The notes beneath the pieces were generated by a model. That model had not been told where the DNA came from. It worked only from the letters and a program-made list of their open reading frames with translations, and did no database searches. A program made the position numbers and the translations under genes. A DNA stretch of 64,000 nucleotides from Schmidtea polychroa (taxonomy: Eukaryota): the NCBI GenBank assembly GCA_044892525.1, contig CM097885.1, positions 24,864,001 through 24,928,000 on the forward strand. The letters run 5' to 3'. This document shows, piece by piece, positions 1 to 55,628 of this stretch (position 1 is the first letter of the stretch; the number at the start of each line of letters is the position of its first letter).

Positions 1-571
1 TATGGAAATAAACTATAGAGTTATTAGTGTAGTAAAATGTAATAAAATTAGAACGATTCCAATAAATATTTTATTTGAAACGAAATTTGATTTGTGCTGC
101 TTTTTTATCTTCATTTTGAATCTTTTACCTTTAGCTATTTCTCTTAATTTAAACAAATAAATAAATTAAATATAATGTATAATTTTATAAGAACTTTTTT
201 CATTTTTCACCACTGATTTCTTTTCAATTGACATGGTATTTACTAAAAAGCTTGACTATGAATCAGTAAATATATCGATGTTTTATTTTTGATATTCACA
301 AATTTTCGGCACTACCTATTTTCAAGTGATTTTGATGAAAATATATATCCGAATGGTTATGAAAGATGATGAAACAATCGTATTTCAAAAGATTTACAAA
401 GTTACCGAAGATATTTGAAGTGCGGTGGCTGGAATTACGTTAGGTGCTAATATTTTGTTCGATCAGATAAGATTAAATGCACCACGTTATTTGCTAACTT
501 TGCAAAAGACAATTCCAATTGATCAATTAGCTACATAGATCTGTGATTTAATGCATGCTTATACTATGTAG

Positions 572-650
572 GGTAGTCGTGAGGCGATTTATAGCAACAT
601 GATGAAATGCGATGTGGATATTGGAAAGGATTTATTTACAACTACAATGA
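572..650 (+). pseudogene. Short actin gene fragment
   Basis: Translates as EAIYSNMMKCDVDIGKDLFTT, matching actin [22 protein letters not shown]. No other actin sequence nearby. Confidence 0.65.
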
Positions 651-807
651 GTATTCAACAATTTGTTTTTAATTTCATTTTTTACTTTTTTTTTGTCACC
701 TGACAATAAAAACTTTATTTTTGATAAATAGTGAAAAATTAAATTAAAAATTCACAAATAGTATTAATTATTATGATACTCATTATAAATTATTTTAATT
801 ATTTAAG

Positions 808-41698
<40,891 letters not shown>

Positions 41699-41717
41699 AT
41701 GTATTATAAGAGTTGCA

Positions 41718-41764
<47 letters not shown>

Positions 41765-42268
41765 TACTATTATTATTATTATTTTTAATATTATCATCAT
41801 TATTATCGTTATTATTAATAAAGGATTGATTATAGAGTTATTTGAATTGTGCCCATGTGAATTAAAAAAAATTGGATTTATTAGAAATTGATTATATGTA
41901 TTTAGATTATTTGGCATAGATTGTCTGTGAATTCTATTGTGCATGTGTGTGTGCGCGTGTGTGTGTTATTATCAGCGGAGTGTATATAATTTCTGATTGG
42001 TGCTTGTTGTGCGCATAGACAGTGCTACAAACGTTATTTTAAATTTGGGAATAAAATAAGGTGATTCAATATTATCTGTTTTTATTTTTTGATGACAAAT
42101 CTTTTTCATTTGTAGATAGAAATCAAATAGTTCGATGTTTATTGGAAGTAGTTAGTGATTTTAGTCTTTAATAAAACTGTTACACGCATTTATGACTTTT
42201 TGTTTTAATAAATAAAATTTAAAAAATTTTCTATTTATTGAGAATATAATTATTGTTTTCGAGGAATT

Positions 42269-43192
42269 TGTTGAGGATACCTAAATGATAAATAACATAA
42301 TAAATAAATAAATTGCTTGGGGACGATTTTCATGACAAACGGGACGATTTATGGGAACTCAGAAAAGAAAACGGAAGAAAAAAGAAATTAAGAATGAGAA
42401 AGATAAATCAAATAAAAGAAAACAAACAAGAAATTAAAACAAAGGTCATTGTTAATTAAGAAGTACAAATAAAGATGGAATTTCAAATTCCAGAAAACAA
42501 AATATGGGAAAAGCCGTATCTTGACAGCTTGTCAAAGATAGCGGAATTAACGGGAGAAGGCGGCGTAACAAAAAAAGAAAATGGAAAAATATCGACTTCT
42601 GTCAGAGATAAGGCTGACGTAGCGGGGAACACAGAGGAAAATGAAAATGGAAAAATAAAATCTGTCTCCAGTGCCACAAATAAAACAAATTATATAAAGG
42701 GAAATTGGTGGACACAAATTCAGACAAATTTGGGAGACAAAATTAGACAACGTCGGACGAACCGTTATTGGAGAAACGATTTGTGGAAAATTATTATAAA
42801 GAGAATAATTGTAAAGAATAATTATTGGAGAATATTTGAAGAAAAGAATTAGTTGACAAATTAACTGAAAAAGAAGTTACTCGAGTATTTGAATAAAGTT
42901 GTGAAGGAGGTCAAAGAAAACAACCAGCTCAAAGTCCCAGTTGATAAACCAATCAGTAATTTATGATCTTTCAATCCGGTGTTATACACAAGAACTATTC
43001 CTCACTGAGTGTTGTAATAAGCATAGTATAGTCACCAAGCAGAGTGTTGAATTGATTGTCAGTGTAAAGTGGAAGTTATTTGTGATTATCAATAAAGATT
43101 TCTGTTGTCAAGTGTTATTTGTGGGTCAGTCAAAGACACGCTTGGAGTCAGATTAAGAATTTTAATTTTGTCACCAACTCAATAACCCAACA
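42269..43192 (+). mobile_element. Solo LTR
   Basis: TGTTG...CAACA ends, AATT on both flanks, TATATAAA (42690) and AATAAA (43091). Related to the LTR split by the Polinton. Confidence 0.65.
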
Positions 43193-45562
43193 AATTTAAT
43201 TTATAATAAAATTTAGTCATAGTGAGTTATAAAAACTAAAGAAAATATTTTTGACAAAGGTCTAGTTGATAAATAAGTAAAATTAATGAAAATAAAAGAA
43301 ATAAATTTTATCTCAAAAAATTAAATAAAATTAACCTAGGATAAACCAATTTTGGCAAACTTTTAATTTTATTCCATAAAGTTTTCTATAATATGTCATT
43401 GTCTATTGTTAAAGTTCTTCAAAAACGTTTAGTGTCAAACTATTTGAAAGTAAAGATATCATCAACATAATGTTGGTATACCACGGATTTATCAACATTA
43501 CAGTTTCTAAAATTACTTTCTAAATGTAACATATCAATGTCAAAGTTAAGTAAAAAACAAATTTCAACATGCACAGGTTTACTGTGGCCTAAAAGCGACG
43601 CTCTTGTATGTGAGTATCATTACAATTTATTTATAATTTTCGGTGCTGCAAAACAGTCTACTGGCTCTTCACGAAAAGATTAATGTCAAGTTAATAATTT
43701 AAAATGAATAAAATCAATATTGGAAATGTAAAGGAAAACTTAATTTATCACCAAAGTAATTAACCGTCATAAGTAGATAGATGTGTGGACTCTAGCCAAA
43801 AAGGAATCCTCGACTGTCACAAACTTTTTTTACCTCACAATTTTTTTTGTTTTAATAAGCGATTACAATATATATTAAATGTTTGTTTTAATCGGTGATT
43901 GTGTAATACTTTTTTTAAATTTTAATCATCAATTGTATAATATTTAAAAATATTTAATCGCTAATTACATCATTAATTTTAATTTTTTATAAGAATTTTT
44001 TATATCAATATACTTGAAATTAAATTCTCTATGAAATGAGACTATGGAGTAATCAAAAATGTGAAATTTCATTTTTTATTGGACCATTTTAGAATATACA
44101 CATCTTTATAAACAACTTGAAATATTTTCACTCAAACAATATATAGATAGAATTTAAATCTCACATATGACTGCAAAGTCAGAATGAATTTCATGATAAA
44201 AGTTCTGCAGTATAAGGATTAAAAGTTTAAAGTCATATGAAAACTTTGCTAAAACTTTCAAAAGTATATCGTAATAACATCTAGGAAGAAGAAAGAAAAA
44301 TCTATGTTGGAACGATGGACAAAATGTTAGCGGTTATATCTTTTTGAAATGTTAAATAAATGCGGGTTCTTGAATAACAAATAAAATAACAAATAGAATA
44401 AAATAGAAAGAAGGACAAATAGAATAAGGGTATATCATTATATTGGTAGTCTGGATACAATGGGATACAAGGAATACAAGGGATACCAGCATAGGATACC
44501 AGCATAGTTAGACAAGGATCAAACTCATTTGACTTTTCTCGGGCACGACCAACTGAATACCAGTCTCCATGGATGAGTGCCTTATAATAATAATTAAGTA
44601 AACAAAAATAATAATAGTCCATACACAAAAATAATATTAATTATAAAAACTGATAAACTGTATCCAAGTAAAGAGATGTCAGCCCGCAGAAACAAAGAAA
44701 TTCTGAGTCATACGTTTTTGGAGAACAAATACAATGAGCCATAACATGAGCAATCGTATGAGTCATACTTTTTTGATAATAAAGACAACGAGTCATGGTG
44801 TGTTTTTTTACTATTATCCTAAGAATAACAATTATGTGCATTACACGTTCACGACAAACAATGAAATGTGTAATGCAAGTGCATGAAGAACAATGACAAG
44901 TGCAATGTAAGTGCATGACGGACATATAGAGATTTTTTTTGTCTTTCCAATGACTAATAACTGGTTATCATATGTCTTGTGGATGTGAGTAAATTTGCAT
45001 ATTTAATTTGTAATTGTCCTCTTAATTAATATTGAAAAACGAATGATGGACAGATTCTTCATGAGATCCTAAAAAATTAACTGAAAACGACATTTTAGTT
45101 TATAATTTATTTATGTAATTTTTGTTAGAAATTAAATTATTAAATTATTAAATTATTATTATGTGTAGTAATACCTAGTCTTAGTGTTTTCCTTGTGTGT
45201 AATTGGACAAAATTAGTGCAATGTAAAAATTATTAATAAAATAATTAATACAATTGAAATTTCAACTTCATATATGTTTTCTCTATTTATTGATTACTTT
45301 GAACTATTAGACTTTCTCAAACCGGTTACACTTTATTTTATTGAGTCCTTTCAAGATTGGTCTTATGAGTATTACTATAGATTTTATTATTTTTCTAATC
45401 ACAACAGCCGTCAAATGATAGCCTCATATACTAGTAATGTAAATATTTTCGTTAAAATTTAATAATAATTTAAACTTCAATAACACTAAAATTAAAAACT
45501 AAAATTGTTTTTAACTCTACAATTATAGTGTCAATAAATGAATTGTTTAAATATTGAACACC

Positions 45563-48500
45563 ATGGCGATATTAAAAAGCAATTATATGAATATTCATTC
45601 AAGAGCAGTTTATTTTATTAATCACAATTTTAATGAATTGACAAAATATTATAATAAAGTAAAAGTGAAAAATATATTTTTTTCATTTTAATTACCAAAC
45701 TTTAGAATATTATAATAAAACCGAATAGTGAATTATTATTTGACAAATTTCGATTAAAGTTAACAATAACAGATGATTCGATATGGAATGATTACATCTT
45801 AGAGCTACAAATTATTTTCCCAGAACATTATCCCAATGATAATCCATTCGTATATTTCATTCTGCCTCCTTTCCATCCAAATAGTAAATATTCCTATTGA
45901 TATATACCATCATTGAAATGTCCACTTTATTCAGTTGATCCTAAAACCGGGCAAATCGGATTGGATATTAATCAATTCAAGCGAGAAAATTATTTTGATT
46001 TACTTTTTTTCTGTCAATCAACTATCGATTTGTTGAAAAATCCGAATTTAGAAAACAACATTTTCAATATTCTCGCTGTGAAATTATTTCTTTCCAATTG
46101 GGAGCAATACGAGAAATTAGTTCTCCAAGGAAAACTGAGTAATTCTAATGTCGAGTAATCTGCGAGTAATTTTCACATTATCAGATCAAGAGTTGACATT
46201 CGTATCTACGAGATCAGTGAGAAATACCAGACGTAGGAAACGAAATGATATTAGTTTTCTCGATTATTTGCTGACTTGGAATGGAATTGCCTCATCAAAA
46301 CCGAATGAAGATTCTGAGAATCCATGTGAGCTTTTCATTTGGATTCTCTTTTAATGGTTGGAGGCAATCGATATGACAATTAGATTAAGGGGTTAATAAT
46401 ATAGGGAGCAGGGACCTAGCTAAGAGGCATAAGGAGCATTGCCCCCCCCCGCCTCAAGTAAATTATAGATTATCAAATATAAATTAGGGATGAAATATTT
46501 TAATAATTGTCATGAGAATTGTATGAGAATAAAAAAAAACTAAAGAAAATGGACGAAGAACTTCAAAATTCTAATAACCTAATTGATTTCTTGATTTCTT
46601 GATACTGCTCCTTGATATTGATTGTAACAAAAACTCTTGAATATGAGTTTAATCTGTGGTACAACAAATTTGCCGACTACTGCTATATGACAGACAACAC
46701 ATTAGCAATATGTGATCCAGCCTGATTTGGGGAATGAATTTTATTATGAATCAAAGAAACTAAAGATATTATAAGAATTATTGATTATTTAATGTATATG
46801 TTAAAACTATTGAAAATCGATAATTCTTATAAAAGTTTAGATAACATTTTTAACTGAATTCGTTGTTTTTTTGTTTATTTAAAACACACCAGAAACCTCC
46901 GAATTCCCAATAGATGTAAATACAAAACATAAATAATTTTCATTGTACTGAAGTTTTGATCTGTTCAATCGCGACCCCTGTTCTTTAATATAAGATTTTG
47001 AAGTAACCTTCTCCAATCATAAATGTATCAGTTTTTTTGTTAAAGTTTCTGTCTCTAATTAAAAGTCCATATTGAATTATAATATATTGAATAATTAATA
47101 CGTATTTCCAAGCTGTTTTGTTTGATCATCTGGCCCACTAGGAAAGAGCTTCTATAAAAAAATGAATACATTAAATTAATTTTGTACTTTTGTAATTTGT
47201 AATACACCAATCCCTCGATTTACGCGGTAGATACATTCCAAGAAATAAACGCCAAATTAAAGGCATAAAAAAGACAATTTTATTTAGAAATAGATTTTAA
47301 AAATCGACATTTAAATTTTAAACTGTAAAATTTATAACATGTTCATAGTTAAAAGGTATATTAAAAGGAATATTTGTAATTTAATTATTCCGCCTCCCCA
47401 CTACTATATTCTACAGTGCTTGCAGCATAATTTGACGGTTTTCTATTTTAATTTAACGATTTTATATTTTAATTTAATTTAAAATGTAAAATAAATGGCG
47501 AGTTGGGCATATCCCTGTGTTTGTCTACGATAAGCAAGTCATTAAAGGAATTGAACTATTCCATTAAAAGAATTTCATTTGTGCCCTAGTCCCAAAATAC
47601 AAATGAAAATAAAAACTGTAGAGAGATATATTGTTCTGAGTATGTTCTCCATGATGAAGAAAAAATAATTTTTGTGGATGAGTTTGGTGTAAGTTGTAGT
47701 ATACGTGTGAAATATGGGAGAAGTATTGTTGGATCCCAGGCGCGAAAACCTATGGGAACCATAAGGAGTGAAAATTCTTCGGTATGTGCTGCGATAATGA
47801 AAAATGGCATTAAACACCAGCGATTCTTCGTACAATTCCGTTATGTTGTTCAAGGGAATCCAAACACAAGAGAAGAATTATATTCTTTAATTAATGAATC
47901 CTCCGGTTTAATTCCAGGTTTGAATTGAGAAGGTTTTTTTCGCCGCGTAAGGTCATATGCTCTAAAAAGAATAAAAATGGAAGATTTCTAGTATAATTCG
48001 GGTGTTTAATTTAAAAGTTTTTTTGCCTAAATGTTTTTCTTTGTTTAATACATTATTAATATTTTTTAAATTTTCGTTAAATTAAAATATAAAATCGTTA
48101 AATTAAAATGAAAAACCGTTAAATTGTACTGCAAGCACTGTAATATATATTCTACTATATTCAATATATGAATTTGAGAGACACTTGCCTACAAATATGT
48201 TTGATTTCATTAAAAAAATATTATTTTTTATGACCGCGTAAAATGGGTACCGTGTAATTCGAGGGATTGGTGTTATAATATTAATTTTAATTTTTGTTAT
48301 AATATTAAATTATTAAGATATTGCAGGATTTACAATAATTACTAATCGTTAATTTTCATTTCATAACTTTAATTTAAAGGTTTTAATTACTGTTATTTTG
48401 CCGAACAAAAAACAAGAAAAATATTTGAATGTTTAAATCAAGAAATTTACATTTTTATTGTTATAAATATTTCAATATAAAATTAGCACATTTTGATCAG

Positions 48501-51500
48501 GTTTCTTATATAGTTTTCAGATTAAAAATTTTAAAGAGGGCCTCCAATTTTTAAATAGTCAGGGCTACTTCTGAGCTCTGAGGGGACCCTCCTATAGCAG
48601 CGCCTGTACTTGGACTAGATGAACACTGCTCCTGCTTAGACCACAGTATCTAGTGGCAAATCAATAACGATAATTTTTTACTGAAATTTTCGAATTTTGA
48701 CTATTCATTAGATATTTTCCTATAATTTATTATAACTTTTACTAAGGAAAATTAATTTGTAATAATTGTAAAAGTAGTTAGCTATCTTTGTTATTTTTTT
48801 CAATAAAAATATTGTTACAAAATCATGTATTTATTATTTTACTGTTAAATTCTGATTGGTTTCTTAATGTTTACAATTTTCTTTGAAAAGGCGCAAATTT
48901 TGTTCCTTACCTAAGGCGCAAGTTTGGATTGTCCTACCTCTGGTCTATAGTTATAATGAAGATAAATAAAATATAAAATTATTAAAATTATTATGATTAT
49001 TGTTAATATTAGCAGCATAAATTAATTGTTAAAAAAGTAAATGACAAAACAAGTGTTTGAGGAAGAATATTTATTGTGAAAACTTTCGATTATAAAAGAA
49101 ATGCATTATAAATTAATGAATGTTTATCTACGTCATAACTCATACTAAAAAAGAGAAAAATACAGCTTTTGGCCGGCAATATGTTTTGAAAGTCATATGT
49201 GCTATTATAATAGGTTATTCGGAGGGGGGTTTAAAGAGTCCCAAATCTTGGTGTAAATTGCTAATTTATAATTGATTTTGATTCTGTGGAATGAATCAAT
49301 TTTTGTTTAAAATAAGACAGTTTTAGATGTGTATAATTTGTTAGAATAGGAGTTTGTTGAACCTAATTGGAACGGATGTGTTACACAGGTATAGCACCCT
49401 AACCCTAAGACTTAGAACGACTTACTATATTCAAAAATTGTATTAATTTGTATCTTATTAAGTCGATTTTTAAAATGAGTTGTACAAATTGTTTTGTGGA
49501 AATAAAATTTCTTGCATTGATTATCAATTTTTTTAATACAAGAACAATAAGTATAAGAAATGAGAATAATCCTACCGAATTATTTATAGACCCAACATTA
49601 TTAATCTTTTATTTTTGGTAACGCCTTTCACTATGATTGTCTGTTATGTTACTTCATGTTTAGTTTAATGTTGTGCTACTTTTTACTTTCCTTATGCAAT
49701 TGAAATCTCTCCTGGTGCGTATTTTAGATCTTGCACAAAAGTGATAATTGCAATTAACAACTTTTATAGCTGTCTAAAATTTAGCCAAAATCTGCTTTTG
49801 TTTGAATAGAATGGTGAGAGGAGGTTTCCATTTCTGCATATTTCGGGTCTTAATTATTCAAATATTATAACGTACTTCACAGAGGGAAAATAGAAATATT
49901 TGTTTTTGAAATCATGCAATTGGTATTCACTGATATAATTGACTTTATCAAGATTTAAATCAAATCAGAAATCAGGCAAAGCTTTTGTCAATTCACCACG
50001 GAATTGATCTTCACAGTGCTGGTTCACTTATCAAGCAACACGAAAATAAGTAAGCACTAAAAGTTCATTAAAACAAATAATTGACTGCAATTATAGACAT
50101 AATATGTATTTATATGGAAATTTTGCTAAAAAACCACAGCTGCCCTTTAATGATGAACAAAATGAAAATAATCGCATCGACAAATTGAAAAGCAAAGCTC
50201 TTGAATATCAGTCGAATATGAGTAAGTTATTTTGCATTTTTGTTTTAATTATATTTATTTGTTTTAATTATATTTATTTGTTTTAATTATATTTATTTGT
50301 TTTAATTATATTTATTTGTTTTAATTATATTTATTTGTTTTATATTTATTTGTTTTAATTATGTTTATTTGTTTTAATTATATTTATTTGTTTTAATTAT
50401 GTTTATTTGTTTTAATCATATTTATATTCAAGTTTTTAAATAATGTTTTTTGGTAGAAAGGAAACTTGTAAATTTGACTCATTGTGATTAATAACACAAT
50501 TTTGGTGTCTGGGAAATAACCACTATTTTCAGGGTCCTCAGATCACAAAATTATTGAAAATTGATATTAAAACTTTATTCACACCAGTTTTCACAATAAA
50601 TCTATATTTAAATCGGTGGAAGAGAACCCGAAGTCCATTGAGACCCAACTGATTTGATCGAGAAGCAAGGTCACCCGAGTGACAATCGGGGACAAACAAA
50701 TTAAAATGATTTAACAACCCTCAAAATATTTACCCAAGATTCCCGAATGCTAACTATTTGCAATAATCCCAAATATCTTTAGATAATTGCCCTCTCAGAA
50801 AAAGTATAAAAAGAGAGCTCAAAAACAGACAAGCCACCAGTTGGTCGAAGAAACTAGAGAGAAATTAACTGAAGAAGGCAGTCAGCGATCAGAGGGCGAA
50901 ATATAGTAATTGAAAACAAGGTTTAACTCTCATACCAGAAAAGGTGATTGCCCCTTGGGTTGTCTGCCTTAGCGAGCAATATTTATTGTAGAGAAAAGTG
51001 CAAATCGAGTGACTAATTGTAATTTTGATTGAAGTTTAATAAAGTTATTCTGCATTGGGTTTCGACTTTTTTGTTTAAATAAGAACACGGGGAAAACCGA
51101 CTTGCAAAATAAAAACCTAACATATGTTTATTGTCCGATTTTGGTCAAATGTGACATCTATATCTTTTTGACAACGTATCCTCGTTGTTGGCACTTTTTG
51201 TTCTAAAATAAATTGTTGGCTATTAGCCGCTTGTGGCAAATGGACCCGTCTTTTCATGTGTTCGCCTACGGTTTCAATGAAAATTCGCCTTCTATATTCT
51301 TTTTTATATTCCAATCTTGACAAACACCTGTAAATAAAATAAATTAATTTTATATAGATATATCTAATATATTAGCAAAAACAGTAATTGGCCATCTATT
51401 TGTTTTTCTTCGGGTGCTGTAATTAGCTATCATTTTGTCTAAGGTATCAACTCCTCCTTTCGTTTCATTATAATCTAATATAATGTTGGGTTTATTTAAA

Positions 51501-54500
51501 GAACCACTTGACAATTTTTTCGTTTTGTGAAACGTGCTCTGAAGAACAACACATTTATTTTTTAGTAATGTATGACACTAAAGTTGTGTCCATTGTAAAT
51601 GGAAATTTTCAAGAAATTGCTTTGCCTTTTACTTCGAGCAATACGGGTGGAATTGACGTTTTTTTTCGAATAGTGCCAATCATAGTATTTTATTTTGTAA
51701 GTAACATTTGAACTAGTTCATAAGAAGTGAATAAGTTGTAAACGGTTACATTTCTCCTTTCAAGTTGTTGACACAAATCTAAAACCACTCGCCTTCCTTG
51801 ATTCTTTTCAGGTGCTTCACCAGGTACTTTTCCAGTGTATATATCTATAGTCCATACATAACTATTTTTGCTATCGCACATCACCCAAAATTTAATGCCA
51901 TATTTAGCCGGCTTTTTTGGCACGTATTACCGAAACGGACATTTTCTGCGGTATGGAACCAATTCCTCATCGATTGTTACATTTTCACCCGGATTATAAA
52001 TATGTGATAGTATTTCAGCCGATTTATTCTAAAGTGCTAGTATTAGGGCTAATTTATCAGTATTTCTTCTCGTAGGTCGTGTACTACGATCATCAAATCG
52101 AATAACTCTTGATATAATTTTGAATCGTTTTAGTGACATAGTAGACCTGAATATATGTCGACCCTTTGTTTCGTGTCATAAATTTTCTAAACCCTCATTA
52201 TTCGTTGTGTAATAAGGTGATAAACAATAAACACCTGTTTGCGCCGGGAATTCCAATAATTTGTCCTAAATAGACTTGGGTCATTTTCGACAATAGGGAC
52301 TGGAGTTATACTTTTTTTACAAGAGATAATCCAGGTAACATATTTTTTTATCCTTTTCCAAAATTAGTTTATTATCTTAAAAAAATCAAAGTCACGAAAT
52401 TACAGATGTGATATTAATATTTTAAGATATATTTGCAAAACAAAATCGTTTCGGGTCGACGGATAAAGGTTAATATTATTGATTACGAATAGTAATCTGA
52501 GTTAATTTATTATTATGTATATTATGAAAGTTTTCATCTGTTATGACCTTTGCGTTTAACAATGTTAATATTTCATTTAATAATATTACTTTTTCAATTA
52601 GTAGTGTTTTTTCATTTAATTTCACATATAATTTATTTATAACTATAGTTCAGATCTATGTTTAACAAAGTAGGTTATACTACCACCCTGTGGGCGGTGG
52701 AGCAATCAAGGGAATGATAGTACCAGTGAAAGCAATATGAGGTAGTTGAATAAATATAAAGAGTGATGGAAACATCAAGAATAAAAGAAGATTTTGATAA
52801 ATCGTTTGCACATACTCATATGTAGTGCAATACAGATAAACTTTAAGTGACTACTTGATTTCTCGACCAATGTTTAGTTGTGTTTAGTTACTAAACGCAC
52901 AAAATGTAATTTACTAGTTATTTGCCAGATCTTAACACGTCTTAACAAGCAAGTGTAATTATATGTTTACAAGACCATATCATAAATATGCGACATCTGT
53001 GAAATCTAATTCATATTGTTTCTGAATTGTGTGAGACAATTAATAATAATTCAAGTGAATAAAATAGCAATTTACAATTTATTCGTATTTTACACATTTA
53101 TGTACGTTTTGTGTCTCATTTGTATTTTAGTTTATTTGTAATTTACCATCTGAAAAGGAAACTTCGTTATTTTTTCATTTTATATCACTGTCTTTTTAAC
53201 GGCTAATATCATCATGTCTGAATCTAAGAAAAATATTTGAATTTTGGTTTTATTCACTCTTCTACAAACAATGCCTAAAGGTTCAAGCCTTCAAGGTTAT
53301 AAGAGCATTTGAAGAAAGTCCATCGTGATATAAAAGATAATTTTCAATTTCTTAAAGACAAATCTTTATAACAGCAATTATCGAGAAATCTCTTTTCAAT
53401 GGCTTCCACACAAGATGAGGATGATATGCGTACTTTATACAATATTTCGTTATTTATTTCTTAATCGGGAAAACTTCATAATATTGGCAAAGAACTAATT
53501 ATACTTGTTACAAGCGAGCTAATTCGAACTATGATGCCTGATATTATCAAGAAAATTTCTTTGAACAATAATACAGCGCAAAGAAGAATTGATGCGACTA
53601 TTTTAAAAGATCCCACCATTTCTCTATACAGCTTGATGAGTTAACTTTGCCAGTAAATGAAGCAAGCATACGCGAGATTCATAAAAAAAGAAAAGGTTTA
53701 CCAAGAATTATTATATGCTAAAACATTGCAAAACGGATACAAAGATGAATTTATACATCATTCATTGGACGAGTTTTTTAAAGAAAAAGAAACACCCTTA
53801 AGTAATTTCTTATAAGGTGCTGCTGATGGTGCCCCAGCGATGATAGGGGCTTTCTTACATATTTAAAAAAGCGTTGCTGAATGTATTTGCTGTACACAGT
53901 GTCCTTCATCGCCAACATTTATTTGATAAAAATCTGAGTGAGCTCCTATATGGTTTGTTTTATTATGTCATTAGAGCAATTAACAAAATCAGAAGCAGTT
54001 CATTTAATGGCAGATTGTTTAGACAATTTCTTTGTGTTGAAAAAGATAGCTTGCTGCTCCATAAAGAAGTTCGTTGGCTGTAAAAAAGTGACTGTTTCGA
54101 TTAGTTTTACAAACTCTTTGACTCAGCGCTAGAGTTTCTAGAAAACATAGATGAAGCTTTAAAAAGTGAAGATTTAAAAAATGTGCCCCAGTTGCATTTA
54201 ATTCTTTTGTTGGTGTTGTATGATGAAGTATCTATATTACCCACTAGTCAAATTATATAATATAATCAAACTCATATAATACGGAAAACCGTAATAAAGA
54301 CCGCTCATACTACTAAAAGAAAATGGAATTATCAAAGGTTGCGAATATATTTTCTTGGAGGCAAAGCACTTGCAGCTTTTCTCACGACTGAACATGAATT
54401 ATTTAAGAAATTTATTTTTCTGATTTCTTAAGTTATTATTTACTATTTGTTAGGACAAATAAGAAACTCAACACAAAAATTTGTATTTGTACCACAAAAT

Positions 54501-55458
54501 CACAACTTTCCCGAATATTACTTACAAAATATATTGCTTTTGCTTGATACTAGTGCTAGGCGACCCTAAGAAAAACATCCTCAAGCTGAACAAATCTGAT
54601 TTAGCCTCTGAAGAAAATGTCTTTCTGAATATCGCTTTTCTAATTTAATGTTCCGTTTATTCGCTTGCTTGCTTTCTTCCTTCGGTCAATGTGGTAACTC
54701 GACAATGGTTTTTCTCTTCTTTTACAGGGTTTTCTCCTTGTCAATTATTCACAAATTAAATTTTCTATCCACGAAGAACAGTGAAAAATCCAATTCAATC
54801 AAATTGTTTTTTTTAGCTTGACATGCGGCCACTGCTTATCAACCTCGGGGATATTTTTGGTTAATTAAATTGATTTGTTTTATTTAATAAATTAATTACT
54901 TTGTATTTTTTAATATCAGTGTCTAGGGATCCCTAGTCGATTAAAAATTATCATATTTGCATTAATCTTTTTATTTACTAAATATCAATTTTAATTTTTT
55001 TATATTTTTAATTAAAATTTGCACTTTAATTTTTCTTAATTTTTTTGTTAAATTGTGTATTTTATTAGTTTCCAGACTCTTAATTCTTCTCTCGACTCTT
55101 TATGACTCTTAAATTAATTTGCGTAACTCCAACCGATTTCTCGTGAATATTCTTCCTTATTGTGTTATTTATCACCATATTTACATTTAAAGGGATTTTT
55201 ATTTTAATTTCACACCATTAAAACATAGACAGACCTATACTATAATTACAAATACTATAATAATATTTTGAACAGTTCAATACAATATTTATATTTATAT
55301 TATTTTAAGAAATGATTATCCACATAAAACAATCAGAAAAATCTCCTAAGCATTTTATTGAAAATAATCTGTTTCATAATGAAGATGAATCGGCAGATGA
55401 AGCTGAAATGCAAGATCTCATAGAATGGACTGAAAACTTAAAGACTTGTGATATTTGA
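45563..55458 (+). CDS. UBE2U: Ubiquitin-conjugating enzyme E2 U-like protein (catalytic Cys apparently absent), 7 exons
   Basis: Exons 45563-45658, 45706-45883, 45935-46138, 46185-46325, 49953-50049, 50097-50221 and 55310-55458 splice in frame. Motifs HSRAVYFI, PPFHPNIDPKTGQ, LLKNPNLEN, ISFLDYLLTWNGIASSK and C-terminal EMQDLIEWTENL match UBE2U features as I recall them. Confidence 0.8.
47205..48272. mobile_element. Tigger/pogo-type MITE containing a nested Tc1/IS630-like element
   Basis: TIRs CACCAATCCCTCGATTTACGCGGTA / TACCGTGTAATTCGAGGGATTGGTG. Confidence 0.75.
47414..48140 (+). mobile_element. Deleted Tc1/IS630-like transposon
   Basis: TA-CAGTGCTTGCAG ... CTGCAAGCACTG-TA with extended TIRs. 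DDE relic IIFVDEFG...YGRSIVG...NSSVCAAI at ~47660-47830. Confidence 0.8.
50243..50420. repeat. 19-bp AT-rich tandem repeat (TTTTAATTATATTTATTTG)n, about 9 copies
   Basis: Directly visible just after UBE2U exon 6. Confidence 0.85.
50506..51122 (+). mobile_element. Possible solo LTR
   Basis: TG...TAACA, TATAAAA at ~50806, AATAAA at ~51038, GC-richer than flanks; abuts the truncated piggyBac. No TSD found. Confidence 0.4.
51123..52469 (-). mobile_element. piggyBac relic, same family as 9909-12602
   Basis: Minus-strand MPKKPAKYGIKFWVMCD and YNETKGGVDTLDKM motifs. The end TTAA-CCTTTATCCGTCGACCCGAAACGATTTTGTTTTGCAAATATATC matches 9909-9967. Confidence 0.88.
53210..54170 (+). pseudogene. Decayed hAT (Buster/ZBED8-like) transposase
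   Basis: Broken-frame motifs KLHNIGKELI, ISLNNNTAQRRID, QLDE, ADGAPAMIG, VHSVLHRQHL and LLLHKEVRWL. Confidence 0.8.
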
Positions 55459-55504
55459 GGATGCTATCAATAAAATTGTTCATTTTTCATTTTTTAGTAA
55501 TATT

Positions 55505-55628
<124 letters not shown>

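Noticed and set aside
42475..42852. 125-aa ORF after the ELKS stop
   Set aside because: Lies within a solo LTR and has no recognisable domain.
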